Shown here: in pieces, positions 8,994 through 15,713 of the stretch
Position numbering within the stretch: the first letter of the stretch is position 1
Layout: every line of letters starts with the position of its first letter
Origin: Halodesulfurarchaeum sp.
Lineage (GTDB): Archaea; Halobacteriota; Halobacteria; Halobacteriales; Halobacteriaceae
Direction: 5' to 3'
DNA: 18,745 bases
Assembly (NCBI GenBank): GCA_042216015.1
Contig: JBDGUI010000017.1
Location: 8,357 to 27,101, forward strand
The notes under the pieces: generated by a model
The model's input: only the letters and a program-made list of their open reading frames with translations
Database searches by the model: none
What the model was told of the DNA's origin: nothing
Made by a program: the position numbers and the translations under genes

Positions 8994-9965
8994 TTACATG
9001 TAGCCGAGATCGCGCAATCGCTCCATCAGATCCTCCTTGTCCTGGGCACGACCAGCTCGCTCGGTCGTGCCCTCGAGATCCTGTAGCCACGCCGGGACCT
9101 GATCGGATTTTTCCGTGCTAACCTGACTTCCGAGCGAACGGAATCCCTCGAAGTACTTCGGTGAAACCGGGATGTCCTCCCGTTCGACACCCTCCGGAAG
9201 GTCGTCGAACGCCTGTGGAACGTACCCCTCGTTGGGATAGCCTGAAACGGTCTCGGGGACGACGTAGTTCCAGAAGGCCTCCCACACGTCGCCTTCGTCG
9301 AACTGCAGGATCGGTTGGACGCGGTCGTGGGGTGGATAGATGTCGGGATCGTGACGTGGGCTGAAAAAGGTCTCATCTGCACGGGCCTCCTGTTCGTCCC
9401 AGCGGACCCCGGAGATGACACCGTCGATTTCGTGTTCCTCGAGCGCGTCGTTGAGGGCGACGGTCTTCAAGAGGTGGTTGCCAACGTACGTGTCGAGCAG
9501 GAAGGGGAAGGTGTCCTCGTCGTACTCGAGAATATGTCGGACGTGATGGCGATTGTGCTCTGAAAGTTCGCCGATCGAGATGTCGTCACCGGGTTCCAGA
9601 TCGCGGTCTCTGACCACCTCGCCGACATCCTCGTTCCGGGCCCAGATGACCTCGAGGTCCCACGTTTCCGCCCAGTGCTCGACGAAATCCAGCAACTCGT
9701 CGAAGTGCTGGTAGTGATCGATGAAGACGGCCGGAGGCATGTCATAGCCCAGCTCGGTTGCCACCTCGCGAACGAGATAGAGCGTCAGCGTCGAGTCCTT
9801 GCCCCCCGTCCACATCACAGCGGGGTTCTCGTACGTCTCCAGCCCCTCGCGGACGACCTCGATTCCCTTCTCGATTTTCGCCTCGATGTCGGGATAACTC
9901 GCGGCGCTTTCCCCCTCGCCTGCGGTGTAATCGACGTCCACGTAGTCCGGAAATCCGTCGCGCAT
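8994..9965 (-). CDS. cysD: PAPS-reductase superfamily protein, sulfate adenylyltransferase subunit 2 (CysD)-like
   Basis: Start MRDGFP at 9965 with TTTATC about 26-31 nt upstream; PP-loop TGGKDS, LKTVAL, GVRWDEQEARADETFFS, FRSLG and C-terminal ERAGRAQDKEDLMERLRDLGYM match CysD; no CysH-type ECGLH tail. Confidence 0.75.
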   Translation of the reverse strand: MRDGFPDYVDVDYTAGEGESAASYPDIEAKIEKGIEVVREGLETYENPAVMWTGGKDSTLTLYLVREVATELGYDMPPAVFIDHYQHFDELLDFVEHWAETWDLEVIWARNEDVGEVVRDRDLEPGDDISIGELSEHNRHHVRHILEYDEDTFPFLLDTYVGNHLLKTVALNDALEEHEIDGVISGVRWDEQEARADETFFSPRHDPDIYPPHDRVQPILQFDEGDVWEAFWNYVVPETVSGYPNEGYVPQAFDDLPEGVEREDIPVSPKYFEGFRSLGSQVSTEKSDQVPAWLQDLEGTTERAGRAQDKEDLMERLRDLGYM

Positions 9966-10008
9966 CGGCGGCGACTTGGCAGTCAGGAGGGATAAACGAA
10001 CGGATTCG

Positions 10009-11013
10009 TCACGCGTCGGGGGTGGGCGCAGCCTTCTGGAGGGCCGTCTCGGCGATGTTTCCACCGTAGTCGGCGCTCCGTGAGAGGGAGTCCACGATCA
10101 ATCCGAGATGTCGCGCCCGAGTTGGATCGAGTTCGCGGAGTTGATCGTCAATCACGCGAGCCTGATCGTCGATGTCGCTGACACCGGCCCTCGCCTCGTT
10201 CGCGAGCCGGGTGGCAACCGTCGGGTCCGTCTCGAAGAGTGCCTCGAACGCAGTTTCGATGATCTCGGTCGCGGCCTCGCACAGTGTTTCGAGCGAGTCG
10301 ACGACTGAATCAGGGACGGTGGCATCGAGTTCGTGGGTCAACTGGCTGATCTTCGCCGCGTGGTCGGCGATTCGCTCGAGTTGCCGAGCGCTCGAGTGAT
10401 AGTCGAAGCAGTTCTCCCGGGAGAGCCCAATTTCTCGGGCCATCTGTGGGGAGCGAAGCGTGCCTCGAAAAATGCGGGAAACGACGTACCAGAGTCGATC
10501 GACGTCATCATCCCGGGTGATGACGTCCGTCGCGAGTTCCATGTCGTGATTTTTCAGCGCCTCAACGCTGTCCTCGAGCATCGAACGGGCAATCAGGTGC
10601 ATTCGTTCTACCGCGCTATGCACCGAGAGTTCAGCGGAGTCGAGCAGATCCTGGATCAAGACGCTATCGACCGTTTCCTCGAGTACCTCCAGGCCAACGA
10701 GACTCTGGGTCGCCTCCCGAATGACCCGTCGCTGTGCGGGCGAGATCTGGCCCGCTGAGAGTTCGATCTCATCGAATCCGCTCACGTACATCGTCATGAC
10801 GCCTCGCATCAACGCATCGCCCTCCCGGTCGGAGATGTCGAGGTGCCCCCGGGTCGTCTCGTTCGAGGAGGCTGGAGTCAAGAGCAGCGAATCGTTGTCC
10901 GGGTGAAACACGATCTCATCGCCCGCATTGATGTCATTATCCCTGGCCCACTCCTTGGGAATCGAGACGGTGAACGTCGAACCCCCCGTAAGCTGGACCT
11001 TCCGTTGCTCCAT
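10009..11013 (-). CDS. phoU: Phosphate uptake regulator, PhoU family with N-terminal AbrB/SpoVT-type DNA-binding domain
   Basis: RKVQLTGGSTFTVSIPKEWA (AbrB-like); DDDVDRL and ERIADHA PhoU repeat motifs; R.ADYGGNIAE. Confidence 0.9.
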   Translation of the reverse strand: MEQRKVQLTGGSTFTVSIPKEWARDNDINAGDEIVFHPDNDSLLLTPASSNETTRGHLDISDREGDALMRGVMTMYVSGFDEIELSAGQISPAQRRVIREATQSLVGLEVLEETVDSVLIQDLLDSAELSVHSAVERMHLIARSMLEDSVEALKNHDMELATDVITRDDDVDRLWYVVSRIFRGTLRSPQMAREIGLSRENCFDYHSSARQLERIADHAAKISQLTHELDATVPDSVVDSLETLCEAATEIIETAFEALFETDPTVATRLANEARAGVSDIDDQARVIDDQLRELDPTRARHLGLIVDSLSRSADYGGNIAETALQKAAPTPDA

Positions 11014-11148
11014 ACATGAGATGAATCCTTACTTCCCGTAAATGAATCGATATCTATATAGACGGAACAGAAATCACGAGGTCGTCGCTGTCGTCGGAGA
11101 GTACAGCCCAATTTCGGTCGAATTTGTCTTCCCTTCATCCATCATATG

Positions 11149-11189
11149 GCCACTTCCTATATATTTGGGTTCGAGTCCCAATAGTGGCG
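11149..11189 (+). ncRNA. Candidate tRNA-like minihelix (acceptor stem plus T-arm)
   Basis: GCCACT(T) 11149-11155 pairs with (T)AGTGGC 11182-11188; T-arm TTGGG-TTCGAGT-CCCAA 11165-11181; only 9 nt separate the acceptor 5' strand from the T-arm. Confidence 0.4.
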
Positions 11190-11282
11190 TTCCATCCATT
11201 CTCCAGGTCGGGTGCCCTCCATTCAATCGAAAATGGCCATCTAATCGAAAACTAACGGATGGACCCCCACCCCACCTCTTCG

Positions 11283-11526
11283 TCCACCACTCTGTGGAGC
11301 AATCATCGAAAAACCAAGAGGGTCCCGTCAGGTGATCGGTCGAAGCGAACCATCCAGCATTTGTATCGCAACATATGATATATATCTCATCTATTGAGCA
11401 AACAAGGCGAATAAATCAATTCACAGGTACTAGCCGACACCCCTATTGGTTACTTCATGAACCGATCGAATTCAGGGTCACCCATCACCCCCTCCATGAA
11501 GAGAATGTATCCACCCATCTGTGGAG
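11283..11526. repeat. Two copies of the palindromic 17-mer TCCACCnnTCTGTGGAG (11283-11299, 11510-11526)
   Basis: TCCACCACTCTGTGGAG vs TCCACCCATCTGTGGAG, 15/17 identical; each is TCCAC-N6-GTGGA. Confidence 0.7.
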
Positions 11527-11639
11527 TAGCACTGTCTCTTCCCGTTTTGCCATGATACGGACAACGGATGAACCGAACCAACAGACCGAATGACGAAACC
11601 GAGACAACCACACAAGAAAGAATCACACGATCGGTACGA

Positions 11640-11674
11640 GAATAGTCTGAAGAATGCAGGAATAGTCTGAAGAA
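11640..11674 (+). repeat. Perfect 15-bp direct repeat GAATAGTCTGAAGAA, 20-bp period
   Basis: Copies at 11640-11654 and 11660-11674. Confidence 0.8.
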
Positions 11675-11985
11675 CTGCCAACTCGGCCACTCGCCTTTAC
11701 TCACATACACACTCATTCACTCACACCCACTCACATACCTTTGTGATCCTCCATCAATCTCGGGACCAGCTCCAACCAATATTGATCCAGCAAAAGAATC
11801 GATGGCACTCCTTCGAAATTCTGGGACTCAACCCACCCGAACCATTCAGTGATATTGAGATAGTATAACATGCGAGCCGATGACCTTCTGACGATTATTA
11901 TATTTAGATAGCTACAATATACATGTAATTTAGTACCTCAAATATTCAAATAATAAGGCAAAAAGCCGATGATAGGGACCTCAAT

Positions 11986-12013
11986 TTTCTAAATAAGATA
12001 GTTTATTTCTATA
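11986..12013. promoter_or_regulatory. dif-like Xer recombination site TTTCTAAATAA-GATAGT-TTATTTCTATA
   Basis: 11-bp arms with a 6-bp spacer and the dif core ATAA-N6-TTAT (AAATAA/TTATTT perfect inverted repeat); 40 nt upstream of an operon encoding a Xer-like recombinase. Confidence 0.65.
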
Positions 12014-12017
12014 GCTG

Positions 12018-12028
12018 CAACTTTTAAG
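12018..12028 (+). promoter_or_regulatory. TATA box of the RHH/wHTH-recombinase operon
   Basis: CAACTTTTAAG, with TTTTAA at 12022-12027, about 26-31 nt upstream of ATG 12053. Confidence 0.6.
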
Positions 12029-12052
12029 GCGGTCGTCCACGAATCCCTCGGT

Positions 12053-12439
12053 ATGACCGAGATGGACGAAGCTCACGAACGCGTCGCGATAACCACCTAC
12101 GTGCCATCCTTTCAGAAGGCCGAGTGGGAAAGCCACGCCGAGGCCCTCGACATGAGTCAATCCGAATTCATCAGAACAATGGTCCAGGCCGGCCGGAGAG
12201 GGTTCGGCGATTCCACACCCGAGGAACCCGACTCTCGAAGGGCAAACCCTGGGGGTGACGTCCGGCAAACGGTGTTGCAGCGACTCGAATCACAGGGAGA
12301 ACTGTCCTGGGAGGAGCTCTACGACGAAATTGCAACTGACCTCGAAACTCGGGTCGAGGAGGCAATTATCGAACTCCAGGAGGAGGGGTTGATCACGCAC
12401 AAACCCCGTAATGGAACCTACGCCATCGAAGACCAATGA
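12053..12439 (+). CDS. Small putative DNA-binding protein (DUF5805-like; N-terminal ribbon-helix-helix-like, C-terminal winged-helix-like)
   Basis: RVAITTYVP (beta) ...WESHAEALDMSQSEFIRTMVQAG (RHH-like); LSWEEL...EEAIIELQEEGLITHKPRNGTYAI (wHTH-like); stop overlaps the recombinase start (ATGA). Confidence 0.75.
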   Translation: MTEMDEAHERVAITTYVPSFQKAEWESHAEALDMSQSEFIRTMVQAGRRGFGDSTPEEPDSRRANPGGDVRQTVLQRLESQGELSWEELYDEIATDLETRVEEAIIELQEEGLITHKPRNGTYAIEDQ

Positions 12440-13446
12440 CGAACACGGCAGAGCCAATCGAGTATTTTCTCGAGGACATGACCCATCACGGTCGCTCCGA
12501 GCGGACGATAGACGCCTACGACCGCGTCTTACATCAGTTCGAGGCCTCACTCGACGAGCAAACGACGTTGCACTCCGTCACCCACCGGGATTGTCTCGCC
12601 TGGATTTCGACGATTCGAGACGAGAAGGCCGAAAGCACAGTTGCGAGTTATGCTGCATACCTCCATCGATTCTACGCATACATGAACGAGGTGGGGACTT
12701 TCGATCGGAATCCCATGACGCTCGTCATGGAAGAACTCGACGAACAGATCACAACGGATCCGAGTCGACGGGACATCTCCGTGCCGGAAATGCGAGAGTT
12801 CGTCGGGTCAGTGACTCACCCGTTGGCCAAAGCAGTCATCGTAACCCTGCTTAAGACGGGAATTCGGGCTGGAGAGGCCTGTAACCTTGATTTGCGGGAC
12901 ATAAACGTCTCGGATCCGCCGATCCCGACTGGCCCGATTCGACCCCAGATCAAGGGACGCGAAAACACGATCTACGTGTCGAACGAACCGAGCCGGGGGA
13001 AAACGTTCAACGGTGAAACACGAGCGATGTCGAACAAACGAAAGCGAGAGACGGTCATTCCCGTGGACAACGAACTCCGATCCGTCCTCATTCGCTGGAT
13101 CACCATTCGACCCGATACGCCGTCACCGGCGGAACCGCTTTTCACGAACACGACACGCAACTGGGGTACTCGGTTGACGGGAAACGACGTTCACCATCTG
13201 GTCACGACCCATACCAGCGATTGGGGTTGGTACGAATCCGGAGCGGGGGCTGGAGAGAACGTGACACCGCACTATTTCCGACACTTCTTCACCACGCACC
13301 TCCGTGACCGAACCGGCGATCGAGGAATCGTAAAGTACCTCCGAGGGGACGTCGCGACTGACGTGATCGACACCTATACCCACAATTGGGGTGACCGCGT
13401 CCGAGCGGTCTACGAATCGAATATCTACTCGTTGCTCGACGAATGA
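12436..13446 (+). CDS. Tyrosine recombinase, XerC/D (archaeal XerA)-like
   Basis: N-terminal SERTIDAY...STVASY core-binding domain; catalytic R (TGIRAGE), K (NKRK), H-x-x-R (PHYFRH), Tyr (DTYTH). Confidence 0.92.
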   Translation: MTNTAEPIEYFLEDMTHHGRSERTIDAYDRVLHQFEASLDEQTTLHSVTHRDCLAWISTIRDEKAESTVASYAAYLHRFYAYMNEVGTFDRNPMTLVMEELDEQITTDPSRRDISVPEMREFVGSVTHPLAKAVIVTLLKTGIRAGEACNLDLRDINVSDPPIPTGPIRPQIKGRENTIYVSNEPSRGKTFNGETRAMSNKRKRETVIPVDNELRSVLIRWITIRPDTPSPAEPLFTNTTRNWGTRLTGNDVHHLVTTHTSDWGWYESGAGAGENVTPHYFRHFFTTHLRDRTGDRGIVKYLRGDVATDVIDTYTHNWGDRVRAVYESNIYSLLDE

Positions 13447-13619
13447 ACGACATATAAACCATATTTCGCTATATCAAATCGGGGGGTCGGGATTGATGTG
13501 TTTTTGATCGAAATGAGCCATTCAATGCACAGAGGTGTGCCAAAATAGCCGTGGCAAAATCTGAGGAGCGACACCGACCCGGTTGGGTTTAAGCCAGTTG
13601 GCCAGCAAGGAGCAATCGG

Positions 13620-15713
13620 ATGCCAGGTGCGAACGGGTTGTTCGACCCGGAACGGGTCGCCGTCGTCGGCGGGACCGACCGGGTCGGATCCATCGGACGG
13701 GCGATCATGGAGAACCTCGAATCATTCGAGGGGGAGGTCGTTCCAGTCAATCCGAAACGGGAGACCGTCCTGGGAAAGGAGGCCGTAACTGACGTCTCCG
13801 AACTGACCGGAGCATTCGATCTCGGCATCGTGGTCGTCCCGCCGGAAATAGCAGTCGAGGCGACGAGGCAGCTCGGTGATCGGGGGATCGAGAACGTCGT
13901 CGTGATTACGGCCGGGTTCGGGGAAGCCGGAAGCGAAGGAGCAACCCGAGAGCGGGAGTTGACCGAGATTGCAGCAGCGTACGGAATGAACCTCGTCGGG
14001 CCGAATAGCCTCGGGTTGATGAGCACGTCCAATCGATTGAATGCCACCTTCGGGCCGGCCGATCCACTGCCGGGAGGCCTGTCCTTCATGAGTCAATCCG
14101 GCGCGTTCATCACCGCCGTCGTGGACTGGGCAATCGAAGAAGGAATCGGATTCAAGGATGTCGTCTCCCTGGGAAACAAGGCCGTCCTCGATGAAACTGA
14201 TTTCATCGACTTCTGGAGCGACGATCCTGAGACGTCGGTCATTCTCGGCTACCTCGAGGGAATCACCGACGGTCGTGAGTTCATCGATACGGCTCGGGAG
14301 GTGACGAGGGAAACACCGATCGTCCTCGTGAAATCCGGGAGAACAGAAGCCGGTGCACAGGCGGCCTCGTCCCATACTGGCACGATTGCGGGAAGCGAAC
14401 GGGCATACGAGGCGGGCCTGGATCAGGCCGGCGTCCTCCGGGCTGAAAACGTCCAGACCCTCTTCGATTACGCACAGATCCTCGACGGACAGCCGATCCC
14501 CACAGCGGACGGAATTGCCGTCATTTCGAACGCGGGGGGGCCAGGAGTCATGGCAACGGACGCGATCGGCGAGTCCGACTTCGAGATGGCCTCCTTCGAG
14601 ACCGAGACCATGGAGGCACTCTCTGAAAACCTCCCGGATGGGGCGAACATCTACAATCCCGTCGACGTGATCGGAGACGCGGACAACGATCGGTTCGAAC
14701 GCGCAATCGACATCGTCCTCGGGGACGAGAACGTCGGGGCGGCCATCGTCATCGCCTCACCGATCGCCGTCCTCGATTACGACGTATTGGCGGAGGACAT
14801 CACGAAATTACAGGACAAGTACGAGACGCCCGTCGCCACGGCCCTCATGGGAGGAGCACGGACCGAGAATCCAGCAAAAACGCTTCGGGAACACGGAATA
14901 CCCAATTACTTCGATCCGGCCCGGGCCGTGAGCAGCCTCGATGCGTTACTCACCCATCGCGACATCACCCGACTCGAGTACGAGGCGCCGACACACTATG
15001 ACGTCGACCGGGAGGCCGTTTCGGAAATCCTCGAATCCGCCGCGAAACGATCGAATCGGATCGGCGTGGAGGCGATGGGAATACTCGACGCGTACGGAAT
15101 CGAGACGCCTCCCGGAACAATCGTGGAGACGCCCGAGGCGGCCAAGGAGGTTGCAGGCAAAATCGATGGCGACGTCGTGATGAAAATCGTCAGTCCGGAC
15201 ATCCTCCACAAATCCGATATCGGAGGGGTCAAGGTCGGCGTAAGCGACGAGAAGGTACCAGATGCATTCGAGGACCTTCTGACCCGCGCACGAAATTATC
15301 AACCTGACGCCGACATTCTCGGCGTGCAGGTCCAGGAGATGGTCGACGTCGAAACCGGCACGGAGACGATTCTCGGAATGAACCGGGATCCACAGTTCGG
15401 GCCGCTGCTCCTGTTCGGTCTCGGCGGGATATTCGTCGAGGTGCTCGAAGATACCACCGTTCGCGTTGCGCCAGTGAGTGAACGAGAAGCCAGAACGATG
15501 ATCGGAGAGATTGATTCCGCCCCATTGCTGCGGGGAGCACGGGGCCGGGAACCGGTCGACGAGGACGCCCTTGTCGAAAGCGTACAGCGACTCTCCCAAC
15601 TGGTCACCGACTTCCCGGCGATTCTCGAGCTTGACATCAACCCACTCGTCGTAAGCCCGGATGGCGTACGGGCCGTGGACACGCGACTCACCGTCGACCC
15701 AGACAAACTATGA
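13620..15713 (+). CDS. Acetate--CoA ligase (ADP-forming), fused alpha/beta subunits
   Basis: CoA-binding N-terminus (VAVVGG, PVNP, GPNSLG), SQSGA, ASSHTG (His-alpha), NAGGPG, HKSDIGGV (His-beta), DPQFGP, ELDINP ATP-grasp; TTTAA at 13588-13592 upstream. Confidence 0.95.
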   Translation: MPGANGLFDPERVAVVGGTDRVGSIGRAIMENLESFEGEVVPVNPKRETVLGKEAVTDVSELTGAFDLGIVVVPPEIAVEATRQLGDRGIENVVVITAGFGEAGSEGATRERELTEIAAAYGMNLVGPNSLGLMSTSNRLNATFGPADPLPGGLSFMSQSGAFITAVVDWAIEEGIGFKDVVSLGNKAVLDETDFIDFWSDDPETSVILGYLEGITDGREFIDTAREVTRETPIVLVKSGRTEAGAQAASSHTGTIAGSERAYEAGLDQAGVLRAENVQTLFDYAQILDGQPIPTADGIAVISNAGGPGVMATDAIGESDFEMASFETETMEALSENLPDGANIYNPVDVIGDADNDRFERAIDIVLGDENVGAAIVIASPIAVLDYDVLAEDITKLQDKYETPVATALMGGARTENPAKTLREHGIPNYFDPARAVSSLDALLTHRDITRLEYEAPTHYDVDREAVSEILESAAKRSNRIGVEAMGILDAYGIETPPGTIVETPEAAKEVAGKIDGDVVMKIVSPDILHKSDIGGVKVGVSDEKVPDAFEDLLTRARNYQPDADILGVQVQEMVDVETGTETILGMNRDPQFGPLLLFGLGGIFVEVLEDTTVRVAPVSEREARTMIGEIDSAPLLRGARGREPVDEDALVESVQRLSQLVTDFPAILELDINPLVVSPDGVRAVDTRLTVDPDKL

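Larger units (their letters stand above)
11014..12052. other. About 1 kb AT-rich non-coding region between divergent phoU and the recombinase operon
   Basis: Only short, non-acidic ORFs; visibly lower GC than the flanking genes; A/C-rich tracts on the + strand; several palindromes and repeats. Confidence 0.8.

Noticed and set aside
11042..11716. Short ORFs in the AT-rich gap (11042-11335, 11375-11593, 11450-11716, 11478-11690)
   Set aside because: Non-acidic composition, atypical codon usage and no motifs; likely spurious, though a small peptide cannot be excluded.
11640..11739. CRISPR array
   Set aside because: Repeats are too short, lack 30-40 bp unique spacers, and no cas genes are present.
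11014..12052. Replication origin (oriC)
   Set aside because: AT-rich, but no ORB-type TCCA-nn-GAAAC elements with G-strings were recognised and there is no adjacent orc1/cdc6.
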